39,566 bases of DNA from Dehalococcoidia bacterium (GTDB taxonomy: Bacteria; Chloroflexota; Dehalococcoidia; Dehalococcoidales; UBA1222). The stretch is taken from positions 1-39,566 of the forward strand of contig WRNP01000002.1 of the NCBI GenBank assembly GCA_009776515.1, in the 5' to 3' direction. The notes under the pieces were generated by a model that saw only the letters and a list, made by a program, of their open reading frames with translations, ran no database searches and was not told the DNA's origin. A program made the translations under genes and the position numbers. This document shows positions 25,004 to 33,793 of the stretch, in pieces (within the stretch, counting starts at the first letter, position 1; each line of letters begins with the position of its first letter).

Positions 25004-26034
25004 CATATTGGAGCGATGCCCTGGGCCGAGCTTGGAGTTTCCTCGCCGCATTTTTCTCGCCGGGAGTAGTCGTCGGACTTTGTTTTGCCTTTCTCCTGGC
25101 CGGAGCTATCAATATTTTCATCCCAAAATCCCTAGTAATAAAATACCTTGGAGATGGTTCCAACAAATTCCTGGCCTACTCCGTGGTCATCATAGCAGGA
25201 ATACTGCTCTCAGTCTGATCATGCACTGCTATACCGCTGTTCAGCAGTATTCGTAAACGTGGAGCCGGCCTGGGGCCAGCCATAGCCTTTTTACTGGCAG
25301 CCCCCGCGCTGGATATCGTCCCCATAGTACTTACCTTCAAGGTGATGGGTACGGTTATGGGTTGGATGCATGTACTGGGCGTAGCTGCCTTTAGTGTCAT
25401 CATGGGTTTTGCCATGCAAGCCATTTTCCGAGAAAGCCCCGAGGCATCTGCCACTAAGCTCGCGGCTGTACCTGATACCGAGATTGCTAAGCCATGGTGG
25501 ACTCACAGTATTTTTTTCGGGCTATTGATATTGGCTCTGGTCTTTGCTCTTGATGGAAACTGGCTCGCCTTAGGATGCGCCCTGATAACCTTGCTCGCTG
25601 TCCTGTTCCGTTTATATTCCAAAGAGGACTGCAAGGCATGGATTGGCGCTTCCGGCCAATTCATCAGAAGTATATTGCCATGGCTGTTGATTGGTTCCGT
25701 AGGAGCCGCCATCGTGGCCGGACTCTTGCCAAGCGCCCTGGTGCTCAGGCTGGCCGGCGGCAGCTCTCTGCAGTCTTCATTCACAGCTTCGTTTCTCGGC
25801 ACTCTACTTTATGTTTGCCCTCCCTCTGAGGTAATGTTCGCCAGGGCATTTGTTGACCTCGGTATGGGCATGGGGCCGGCTCTGGCTTTCCTGATCACGG
25901 CACCTGCTATTTCATTGCCTAGTATCATAATACTGAATCGCGTCATTGGATGGAAAAAAACTTTGACAAACACCATAATGTTAATATGCCTGGCGGCCCT
26001 GCTCGGTTTCGTACGCGGGTTTATAGTAGCATGA
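25000..26034 (+). CDS. ArsP/DUF318-family permease with an in-frame TGA at 25216-25218 on the first Cys of the CSC motif (probable selenoprotein)
   Basis: The two ORF-track pieces (25000..25218 and 25342..26034) are in the same frame, and no other stop lies between them. The read-through gives ...IIAGILLSV-U-SCTAIPLFSSIRKRGAGLGPAIAFLLAAPALD. This is the family core motif, which I recall as vCSCg.vP....G...g.a.aFL.a.P. The protein's own second half has Cys at the equivalent spot (YVCPPSE...GMGPALAFLITAPAIS). Confidence 0.75.
25225..25248 (+). other. stem-loop 7 nt downstream of the TGA at 25216 (candidate SECIS-like element)
   Basis: ACTGCT (25225-25230) pairs perfectly with AGCAGT (25243-25248). 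The 12-nt loop is ATACCGCTGTTC. Folded by eye only. Confidence 0.25.
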
Positions 26035-26047
26035 CCCAGGAGGAAAT

Positions 26048-26311
26048 ATGGTAACCATCAGGGTGTTTACCTCAATCCCCAGCTGACCATCGTGTGACTC
26101 GGAAGAGAAAAAGGCTCGCCGCGTCGCCTCAAAATTCCCCGTCGGGGAAGTACAAGTACTCACTTTCACAGCTATGTCTGAAGAGGGGGAGAAATACAAC
26201 ATTTTCCTTACTCCCGCAGTCATGGTGGATGACCGGATCATTTCTGCAGGGAAAGGCATATCTGAAAAAGAAATAGAAAAGGCAGTAGGCCAAGTAATAA
26301 ACAGAGTTTGA
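26048..26311 (+). CDS. thioredoxin-fold protein (redox-active disulfide protein 2 / MTH895-ArsE-like) with TGA at the first position of the CxxC motif (UxxC, probable selenoprotein)
   Basis: It is missing from the ORF track because of the TGA at 26084-26086. AGGAGG lies 4 nt upstream of ATG 26048. The translation is MVTIRVFTSIPS-U-PSCDSEEKKARRVASKFPVGEVQVLTFTAMSEEGEKYNIFLTPAVMVDDRIISAGKGISEKEIEKAVGQVINRV. The spacing of beta1-CxxC and the ...TPAvmvdg..i..G..s..EI tail matches the ~80-aa family. Confidence 0.7.
26094..26127 (+). other. composite stem-loop 8 nt downstream of the TGA at 26084 (candidate SECIS-like element)
   Basis: GTGAC/GTCGC, CGG/CCG and GAG/CTC helices are separated by small internal loops. 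The apical loop is AAAAAGG. Folded by eye, and weak. Confidence 0.2.
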
Positions 26312-26331
26312 TCCGTGAACCAGGATCAAAC
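26306..26331 (+). terminator. hairpin at the operon end (9-bp stem, no T tract)
   Basis: GTTTGATCC (26306-26314) pairs with GGATCAAAC (26323-26331). The hairpin overlaps the stop codon of the thioredoxin-fold gene. Confidence 0.4.
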
Positions 26332-26448
26332 CAAGGGGATTGTTAGGAAACCAAGATTATCTGCGGGTGAAAGCGTCCCGCTTTTTGCCTGTCGAGTTAA
26401 CCTACAGACGACATGATTGATTAGTGTCCGATGATATCACAAAACAAC

Positions 26449-26474
26449 ACCGAGAGGCTCAATGGCCTCTCGGT
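26449..26474 (-). terminator. intrinsic terminator for the small minus-strand gene
   Basis: ACCGAGAGGC (26449-26458) and GCCTCTCGGT (26465-26474) form a 10-bp stem. On the minus strand it is followed by GTTGTTTTGTG. Confidence 0.6.
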
Positions 26475-26509
26475 ATGCCTGTCACTGAATAGCCTACGGC
26501 AGATTATAA

Positions 26510-26725
26510 CTAACAGGCTTTACGCTTGCGACGCACAAAATGAAATTCAATACGGCGACCATTACGGGGAGTCCCCTGCTTGGCGGTGTTTTCGATAAAG
26601 GACTTCATTTCTTCTGGGGTAAGTTGATCACCTTTTTTCGGTTCGGCTTTGGCTGTTTTTGGCAAGGTGGCACTCCGTCTGTATAGAATTGACTCTATTA
26701 TAGCAGGACCCAAGTCCGCTGCCAA
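26510..26725 (-). CDS. small basic hypothetical protein
   Basis: A terminator lies downstream. A better-supported start is the TTG at 26665, 7 nt after GGAG, giving the 51-aa product MPKTAKAEPKKGDQLTPEEMKSF...RRKRKAC. I recognise no family. Confidence 0.35.
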   Translation of the reverse strand: MAADLGPAIIESILYRRSATLPKTAKAEPKKGDQLTPEEMKSFIENTAKQGTPRNGRRIEFHFVRRKRKAC

Positions 26726-27001
26726 ACAGGATCAGTAAATCCTTGGGTGACGTCCATCCTGCCACAATTATCGCGGAGAGGATCTGCGCATAACAGGCTA
26801 TCCTACCCTCGCAGGGCAACGCTCATGAAAAAGACAGGTGTAATCAAGATCATGGATTAATAATATGCGCTCCGGCAAGTGACCATGACGATGCGATGGC
26901 AATAATTGGTAGCCCAGATCCCCTAGATAGCGAACGGTGGTGCCGTCCGTAGTGGACTGGGCAGGAAATACTCCAGCCATGGATGACAAGACTGCATATG
27001 A

Positions 27002-27817
27002 CTATTGCTGGCAGCGCGGACAGTAATAGGTACCACGCCCTCGAAAAAAGATGCGCTCTATCATCCCGCCGCAACCTGCCAAACATGCCTGCCCAGCCCG
27101 GCGCGCCACTTGAAATGCCAGGTGCGCTCCCCCTTTCTCGCCGCCGGGACGGTAATAGTTGACCAAACTGGCTCCCTTGCGGGCGATACCTTCTCGGAGA
27201 ACACGACGTATCTCAGCATGCATGCGACGAACCTCTGCTTGAGTGAGCGAGCCCGCAAGGCGCTTGGGACTTAAGCGCGCCGCAAAGAGGATCTCGTCCG
27301 CATAGAGGTTACCAATTCCAGCAATGATCCCCTGGTTCAAAAGAACAGCCTTGAGGGGCAAGTTGCGCCGCGCCAGAATCTCCGAGAGGCGCTTTGCGGT
27401 GAACTCCCGCGCCAGGGGCTCCGGACCGAGTTTTTGAAGCACCGCCGCCTCCGGTCCGACTAATTCGAATCGCCCAAAACGGCGCGGGTCAACGAAGAAG
27501 AGGGCTACCCTGTCGCCAATATGAATAATGGCACGGGTGTGTTTAGGCAGTTCAGAGGAACCCAGGGACGCTTGAAATGATCCGGTCATCTTATGGTGTA
27601 CCAAAAGCAATTTGTCGCTCTCCAGACGAAAAACCAGATATTTGCCGCGCCGAGAAAGGTTCGTGACGGCTTGCCCGGCAACCTCTGCGTTAAGTTTATC
27701 CGGAGTACACGCACGCAGGGTAGATAACGAGAGAATATCTATTTTCCTGATAACCTGCCCCACAACAATGGGGGTAAGCTCATTCTTAATGGTTTCGACT
27801 TCAGGCAGTTCGGGCAT
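27002..27817 (-). CDS. mutM: formamidopyrimidine-DNA glycosylase
   Basis: The MPELPEVE N-terminus requires the ATG at 27817, not the TTG at 27820. The C-terminal zinc finger CPRCQ is present. Confidence 0.9.
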   Translation of the reverse strand: MPELPEVETIKNELTPIVVGQVIRKIDILSLSTLRACTPDKLNAEVAGQAVTNLSRRGKYLVFRLESDKLLLVHHKMTGSFQASLGSSELPKHTRAIIHIGDRVALFFVDPRRFGRFELVGPEAAVLQKLGPEPLAREFTAKRLSEILARRNLPLKAVLLNQGIIAGIGNLYADEILFAARLSPKRLAGSLTQAEVRRMHAEIRRVLREGIARKGASLVNYYRPGGEKGGAHLAFQVARRAGQACLAGCGGMIERIFFRGRGTYYCPRCQQ

Positions 27818-27879
27818 CAATGCCTCTCTTTGTTATTTTGACGAAGGCCCAAAGGCCTTTATGCCTTACGAGCGCCGTC

Positions 27880-30582
27880 CTATTCCATGTCTCCCCATCG
27901 GCGGCCAGACTTGACGTTCACCTCAATCGGCACACTAAGTTGGAGGGCTCCCGCCATTAGTTCCGGCACAATCTTTTCCATGACCACGAGCTCTGCCTCC
28001 GGAACTTCAAAGATAAGCTCATCGTGCACTTGAAGGATAAGGCGGCTGGTTAGTTTCCGGCGCCTTATCTCCTCATCCAGACGTAGCATGGCTATTTTGA
28101 TGATGTCCGCCGAGGTGCCTTGCACAGGCATATTAATCGCCATGCGCTCACCTGTCTCGCGCACCATGCGGTTGGGAGAACGTATCTCTGGAATATAGCG
28201 ACGACGCCCCAACACTGTCTGCACATAGCCACGCTCGCGCACCTCTATCCGTGTGCGTTCCAGATACTGCCAGACACCGGAGTACTTGCGGAAATACTCC
28301 GCAATGAAGCGCTCTGCCTCAAGGCGCGAGAACTCGGTAGCCTGCTCCAGTCCATAGCCAGACATGCCATAGATGACACCAAAGTTGACCGTCTTGGCCA
28401 GACGGCGCATATCGGCGGTCACTTGCTCTGGTGCTAAATCAAAAAGCTGGGCAGCGGTCGCCGTGTGCACATCATCGCCTCGTGCGAAAGTCTCCATAAG
28501 GAGTGAGTCCTGCGAGAGATGTGCCAGTGCCCGAAGATCAATCTGTGAGTAATCACCGGAAAATAATACCGCCCCCGGCGGCGCCACGAAGGTGCGGCGG
28601 ATCTCTCGCCCCAAATCACCCCGCACCGGTATGTTTTGTAAGTTTGGCTCGGACGACGACAGTCTGCCCGTGCTGGTGCGCGTCTGATTGAAACTGGTGT
28701 GCACCCGCCCCGTCCGAGGATGGATGAGCGCCGGTAAGGTATCGACATAGGTTGATTTGAGCTTGGCCAGCTGGCGATACTCCAGAAGGTATCCGATCAC
28801 CGGGTGAGCCGTCCGTAGCGACTCCAGCACCACCGCCTCAGTGGAATAGCCGCCTCGTTTTTTATCAGTCTTTAGCTGAAGCTCCTCAAACAGCACTACC
28901 CCCAGCTGGCGCGGCGAATTGATATTGAACTCATGCCCCACAAGCTTATAGATCTCGCCCTGGATGGCCTCCAGGCGATCACCCAAACTGACGGACATCT
29001 CGCCAAGGATATCTCTATCCAAAAGCACACCCGCCTGCTGCATACCAACCAGAACTGGCACAAGCGGCAACTCTACCTCATCAAAGAGCTGCCAGAGCTT
29101 TTGATCGCGAAGCTCCGATTCAAAAAGCATCCCCAGGCACGCAATCTCCCCAGCGGCCGCACAGCCGAATTCGGCCGCTGGTGCCACCGCCAGTGCCGAG
29201 GCCGGCACTCTCTTCGCCCCGCTGCCAACTGGCAAAACCGGGAGTTCCCTCCCAATCTTGCCCAGTACCAGCGCACCAAGCTCCAGCGAGGCCTCACCCA
29301 ACAGATGCGCTGCGAGGGCAGTATCAAAACTTAGGCCATTCACCTCAAAGCCATGCTCCCGCAAGACCGTCAAGGCGAAAGCGGCATTATGAGTAGTCTT
29401 GGCTATATGGTAACTTGCGAAAGCCGGTCCGATGACCCTCCTGGTCTCGACAAGACCGATCTGCCCCATCGCTTCCAAACCTCCATGCTGAAGGGGAAGA
29501 TAACAAGCCTCACCGACACCAAGCGAGATTGCCAACCCAACGAGGCTGGCCGCCATAGGATTCAAACCATCAGTGATTATGTCAAAAGCGAACGAGTCGG
29601 TAAGCCTTGCGGCCAGTGCCGCAAGCTCATCGCTGTTCGTTATAACATGGTAATCTTTCTTTTCTTTGCCGTCCGGCATCGTTACGGATGCCTTCTCCGT
29701 GTCCGTATCAGGCAAGCGGTCAAGCAGAGCAAAGAACTCAAGTTCACGGAAGAATGCCACTGCTTTCTCGCGATCATAGATCACCGCCTGGGCTTTTTCG
29801 AGATCAAGTGCAACAGGCACGTCGGTCACGATCGTGGCAAGCTCCTTGCTCTGATGAGCCAACAACTCGCCTTCTTTGAGCAAAGTCTGGATACGTAGCG
29901 GAGCGACCTCTTCTATGCAAGCATAGATCTCGTCAAGGCCACCGAATTGCTGTATGAGCTTGACTGCCGTCTTTTCGCCAATACCGTGGACGCCGGGGAT
30001 ATTATCCGAGGCGTCCCCTACCAGCGCTTTAAGATCAACGATGCGTTCCGGGTCAACGCCATATTTTTCCCTGACAGCCAAAGAATCAAAAACAGCGGTT
30101 TCGCCAAACCCCTGCCGTGCCCTGGGATAGAGTACGCCCACGCCGCGACCAACGAGCTGCATGGCATCGGCATCTCCGGTCAATATCAGAGTATTGATGC
30201 CCGCCTGGACCGCTTGATGAGCAAGCGTGCCCAACACATCATCAGCTTCGTAGCCATCAGCCTCGAAAATAGGAATGTTGAACTGCGTCACCAAATCTCG
30301 CACGCGCGCCATCTGCGGTACAAGGTCTTCGGCCATGTGGGGGCGTTGCGCCTTGTAGGCATTATACATGAGATGGCGAAAGGTGGGGCCTTTCATATCG
30401 AAGGCAACTGCACAATGGGTGGGTTTTTGCTCAGCAAGGACCTTGAGGAGCATGCTGGCAAAACCGTACACAGCGTTTACGACCTCGCCCGTACGCCGCA
30501 CAGTAAGCGGAGGCAAGGCATGATAGGCACGATGCACCAGATTGTTTCCATCAACAAGCAGCAGCCTGGACGCAATTGTCAT
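27880..30582 (-). CDS. polA: DNA polymerase I
   Basis: 900 aa with a 5' nuclease domain (LLVDGNNLVHRAYHA) and polymerase motifs (DYSQIDLRALAH, KTVNFGVIYG, QVHDELIFE). Confidence 0.95.
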   Translation of the reverse strand: MTIASRLLLVDGNNLVHRAYHALPPLTVRRTGEVVNAVYGFASMLLKVLAEQKPTHCAVAFDMKGPTFRHLMYNAYKAQRPHMAEDLVPQMARVRDLVTQFNIPIFEADGYEADDVLGTLAHQAVQAGINTLILTGDADAMQLVGRGVGVLYPRARQGFGETAVFDSLAVREKYGVDPERIVDLKALVGDASDNIPGVHGIGEKTAVKLIQQFGGLDEIYACIEEVAPLRIQTLLKEGELLAHQSKELATIVTDVPVALDLEKAQAVIYDREKAVAFFRELEFFALLDRLPDTDTEKASVTMPDGKEKKDYHVITNSDELAALAARLTDSFAFDIITDGLNPMAASLVGLAISLGVGEACYLPLQHGGLEAMGQIGLVETRRVIGPAFASYHIAKTTHNAAFALTVLREHGFEVNGLSFDTALAAHLLGEASLELGALVLGKIGRELPVLPVGSGAKRVPASALAVAPAAEFGCAAAGEIACLGMLFESELRDQKLWQLFDEVELPLVPVLVGMQQAGVLLDRDILGEMSVSLGDRLEAIQGEIYKLVGHEFNINSPRQLGVVLFEELQLKTDKKRGGYSTEAVVLESLRTAHPVIGYLLEYRQLAKLKSTYVDTLPALIHPRTGRVHTSFNQTRTSTGRLSSSEPNLQNIPVRGDLGREIRRTFVAPPGAVLFSGDYSQIDLRALAHLSQDSLLMETFARGDDVHTATAAQLFDLAPEQVTADMRRLAKTVNFGVIYGMSGYGLEQATEFSRLEAERFIAEYFRKYSGVWQYLERTRIEVRERGYVQTVLGRRRYIPEIRSPNRMVRETGERMAINMPVQGTSADIIKIAMLRLDEEIRRRKLTSRLILQVHDELIFEVPEAELVVMEKIVPELMAGALQLSVPIEVNVKSGRRWGDME

Positions 30583-30753
30583 GATATTTCTTTAAAGAAT
30601 TACATGCCGAGTAGTGAACCCATAAAGATAGCACTGGGCTTCCGCCTGAAGACAACGGACTCCTAACTCAACATTATACCAGAGCCCGCGCTCCTTTACA
30701 GGTATTCGGCCATATACTAAAATATCTCAATTTGCAGGAGGGGATAATATGTA

Positions 30754-31365
30754 ATGGTTGCAGAAAAAAGTACCGGTTCCGGTCAAAGAATTACCGCCAC
30801 CATCACCGATTTAACTGCAAACCCAGCCCCACTAGGCCTCATGGGTTTCGGCATGACGACAGTTCTGCTAAACATCCATAATGCGGGTTTCTTTCCGTTA
30901 AACGCCATGATTTTGGGGATGGGGATCTTTTATGGCGGTATAGCGCAAATCATCGCCGGGATTCTGGAATCGAAGAAAAACAACACTTTTGGAACCACTG
31001 CCTTCGCCTCATACGGCCTATTCTGGTTATCATTGGTAGCTATCTGGGTCATTCCCAGCTTCGGCTGGACAGCAACTGCCAGCTCGGGAGCGATGGCTAC
31101 TTACCTTTTTATGTGGGGACTTTTTACCCTACTCATGTTTATAGGCACACTTAAACTAAATAGGGCACTGCAGGTCGTCTTCGGTTCTCTAGCGATACTC
31201 TTTTTCCTCTTATCACTAGGCAATGCCACTGGCATTGAGACGCTTACTAGAATCGCCGGTTATGAAGGAATCTTCTGCGGCCTCTCCGCCATCTACACAG
31301 CCATCGCCCAGGTCTTGAATGAAGTCTATGGCAAAGTCATCTGGCCAATCGGTCCTATCAAATAA
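30754..31365 (+). CDS. GPR1/FUN34/YaaH-family acetate/succinate channel (SatP-like)
   Basis: It has [18 protein letters not shown] and six TM segments. Confidence 0.85.
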   Translation: MVAEKSTGSGQRITATITDLTANPAPLGLMGFGMTTVLLNIHNAGFFPLNAMILGMGIFYGGIAQIIAGILESKKNNTFGTTAFASYGLFWLSLVAIWVIPSFGWTATASSGAMATYLFMWGLFTLLMFIGTLKLNRALQVVFGSLAILFFLLSLGNATGIETLTRIAGYEGIFCGLSAIYTAIAQVLNEVYGKVIWPIGPIK

Positions 31366-31551
31366 GCCCGAGACAGAACCCAGCCATTTCTTCCTTCAAC
31401 CCCGCCATCGCTTATGTGTGTAGTAGATGCCACTTTCTTTGTGCGAGTACCCCCCAACAAGAGGAACGACTCGGTAGTTTATCAAAAACGGTCCGTTTTC
31501 GACTTCGTGCCTATTGCGACATCTTAAAAACGCAACCAGATGCCCCACCCC

Positions 31552-31580
31552 TTGACGCCAGAGCGAATCCGAGTAATAAT
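31552..31580 (+). promoter_or_regulatory. candidate promoter of the cytochrome gene
   Basis: TTGACG (31552-31557), a 17-nt spacer, then AATAAT (31575-31580). Confidence 0.35.
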
Positions 31581-31614
31581 ACTCCTTACCGAACACTTGA
31601 TTAAGGAGGGTGAT

Positions 31615-32964
31615 ATGCCTGCACACCGCACCGCCAAATTGTCGGTAGCTTTTGCCGCCACTCTCATTGCCGCCCTTGTACTTGGCTTCTCCTCGGGCGA
31701 AAAAGTTGCCGCCCAGGACGAGAGTGACTGTATCACCTGTCACGCCACGGAGACCCCGGGCGTCGTGGAACAGTGGCTTGGAAGCAAGATGTCAGAATGG
31801 TTTGACTGTAGCATGTGCCATGGGGTCGCCCACTCAACCAATGACGATGTCGATAAGGTCAATCTGCCCACCCCCAGCACCTGCGCCCCCTGCCATAGGA
31901 CTCAGGTAGAGCAGTACCGTGAGGGCAAGCATGCCCTAGCTTGGACTGCCATGAACGCCATACCGTTTGTAGCGCAAATGCCGGAATCTCTCGGGGGGGC
32001 TGATGGCTTCAAGGGTTGCTCCGGATGTCACAAGATCGGCGAGAAGACCGAGGAAGTCATGCAGGACTGGGATGCCCCTTACGGTAGCGCTTCCTGCGAC
32101 TCCTGCCATACCCGCCACCTCTTTAGCAAGGCTGAGGCACAAGACCCACGCGCCTGCCAGCTATGTCATATCGGCTTTGATCACCCGCAGTGGGAAACTT
32201 GGTCCACCGCCAAACATGGCTCCATCTGGGCCATAGAAGAAGATTCGGGCCGCACCCCCACTTGCCAGAATTGCCACCTGCCAAATGGCACCCACACTAA
32301 CATCACCGCCTGGGGCTTCTTGGCGTTGCGAGCTTATGCTGAAGATGACCCCGCCTGGCAGGCCGATCGGGAAACCATCCTCAAGGCCCTAGGGGTGCTG
32401 GATGCCCAGGGGAATCCCACCGAACTGCTGGATGCCCTGGTCGGCATCAACCTAGTGCGCACCACTGAGGAGGAATTTATGGCTCTCCGCAACCAGATGA
32501 CAGCCATCTGCGGGGAGTGCCACTCATCCGGGTTCGTTGAACAGCAGATGAATGCCAACGATGATCTCATCCGTCGGGCTGACAGTATGATGGCCGAAGC
32601 CATTGATGTGGTGAACGGCCTTTATAAAGACGGCTTCCTGGCAAAACCGACTGGCTGGGACTACGCGCCAGATCTCCTCCAATTCTATAACACTGAAAGC
32701 AATATCGAAAACGAACTGTTTACCATGTTCCTACAGTACCGCCAGCGCACTTTCGTAGGCGCTATCCATGCCAATCCCGACTACACATACTGGTACGGCT
32801 ACGCCTCTATGCAGAAATCACTCCAGACGATAAAGGATGAGGCGGAGCTCCTGCGAGCGACCAAGGACGGGACATCGCCCAGTAGCACCGTCGGCTACGT
32901 TGCATTGGGGCTGGGAGTTCTGGCGCTCCTCGCCGGCGGTTTTGCTCTCATACGTCGACATTAG
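31615..32964 (+). CDS. octaheme c-type cytochrome, hydroxylamine-oxidoreductase-like family, with a C-terminal TM anchor
   Basis: ATG 31615 lies 4 nt after AAGGAGGG and is followed by a signal peptide. There are eight CxxCH motifs (CITCH, CSMCH, CAPCH, CSGCH, CDSCH, CQLCH, CQNCH, CGECH). GFDHPQWE and HANPDYTYWYG are reminiscent of HAO-type proteins. The C-terminal helix is VGYVALGLGVLALLAGGFALI. Confidence 0.8.
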   Translation: MPAHRTAKLSVAFAATLIAALVLGFSSGEKVAAQDESDCITCHATETPGVVEQWLGSKMSEWFDCSMCHGVAHSTNDDVDKVNLPTPSTCAPCHRTQVEQYREGKHALAWTAMNAIPFVAQMPESLGGADGFKGCSGCHKIGEKTEEVMQDWDAPYGSASCDSCHTRHLFSKAEAQDPRACQLCHIGFDHPQWETWSTAKHGSIWAIEEDSGRTPTCQNCHLPNGTHTNITAWGFLALRAYAEDDPAWQADRETILKALGVLDAQGNPTELLDALVGINLVRTTEEEFMALRNQMTAICGECHSSGFVEQQMNANDDLIRRADSMMAEAIDVVNGLYKDGFLAKPTGWDYAPDLLQFYNTESNIENELFTMFLQYRQRTFVGAIHANPDYTYWYGYASMQKSLQTIKDEAELLRATKDGTSPSSTVGYVALGLGVLALLAGGFALIRRH

Positions 32965-32981
32965 GCTGAGGCTCCATCATA

Positions 32982-33011
32982 AAAGAGGGGTGCCGCACGG
33001 CACCCCTCTTT
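32982..33011. terminator. bidirectional terminator between the cytochrome gene and rpe
   Basis: AAAGAGGGGTGCC and GGCACCCCTCTTT form a 13-bp perfect stem with a GCAC loop. Confidence 0.75.
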
Positions 33012-33031
33012 GCGTTACCAAGTCAAAGTTC

Positions 33032-33706
33032 CTAGCCCTTTTCGTCGTACTCTTGCCAGCCCAGTTCGGCAAGTACCACGAGCTGCCGGTAAGCTTCCGC
33101 AGGATCCGAAGAACCAAAGATGGCGCTACCAACACAAATCTCGTCCACCCCCGCACGAGCAATCTCCGTAATATTCTCAGCCTTGATACCGCCGTCCAGG
33201 CCGATAGTGAGCTCAGGATATACCTGGCGTAGCTCTTTTGCCTTTTCCAGCACATCGGGGATAAACGGCCGACCATAGTAGCCAGGGTCTACCGACAGAA
33301 GAAGCAGGGCATCAACCTTAGCCGCAAGCTCAGCCGTTATCACCTCCGCCGGGGTTTCGGGGTTTAGCGCCAGCCCGACTTCCAGCCCAAAATCCTTAAT
33401 ATAGGGCAACCAGCTTTCAGCATAGGGGGTAGCCTCATCATGAAAGGTGATCCGCCGCGTCCCGGCAAGCCTAAAGCTCGGGAAATAGCTCTCCGGATGA
33501 TGCACCATCAGGTGGATATCATACTGAAAACTGGGGCTTGTCGCGGCGATCTCGGCGCTGAAAATGCTCTGTGACGGCACGAATAGCCCATCCATGATAT
33601 CGAACTGCGCCCACAAGGCAAACCTCTCCGCCTGCCTCACCATATGCTCCAGATCGGCGGCGTTATCCGCAAGGATAGCCGGCACCACGCGACGTAGTTG
33701 TCTCAT
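33032..33706 (-). CDS. rpe: ribulose-phosphate 3-epimerase family protein
   Basis: DIMDG.FVP, HLMV, SV.PG and GLDGGI motifs are present. Confidence 0.8.
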   Translation of the reverse strand: MRQLRRVVPAILADNAADLEHMVRQAERFALWAQFDIMDGLFVPSQSIFSAEIAATSPSFQYDIHLMVHHPESYFPSFRLAGTRRITFHDEATPYAESWLPYIKDFGLEVGLALNPETPAEVITAELAAKVDALLLLSVDPGYYGRPFIPDVLEKAKELRQVYPELTIGLDGGIKAENITEIARAGVDEICVGSAIFGSSDPAEAYRQLVVLAELGWQEYDEKG

Positions 33707-33793
33707 TTGTTAGGAACTCCCTCCTTGTTCTTAGTCATTTATGGCATCCTTGTTAATACCAAGCAGTGGCATTATCTGGCGAGCCAAGTTTGG

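Noticed and set aside
26094-26276. The 60-aa ORF in frame 3 (MTRKRKRLAASPQ...).
   Set aside because: The frame starting at 26048 has a strong RBS and a recognisable thioredoxin-fold translation once the TGA is decoded. The frame-3 product is a low-complexity basic sequence with no RBS.
31485-31499. The AAAACG/CGTTTT hairpin ~120 nt downstream of the SatP-like gene as a terminator.
   Set aside because: It has only a 6-bp, AT-rich stem with a 3-nt loop, which is too weak to call.
31540-31614. The longer N-terminus of the cytochrome gene (ATG 31540).
   Set aside because: It would start upstream of the candidate promoter and add 25 residues before the signal peptide. ATG 31615 has an AAGGAGG RBS and yields a normal signal sequence.
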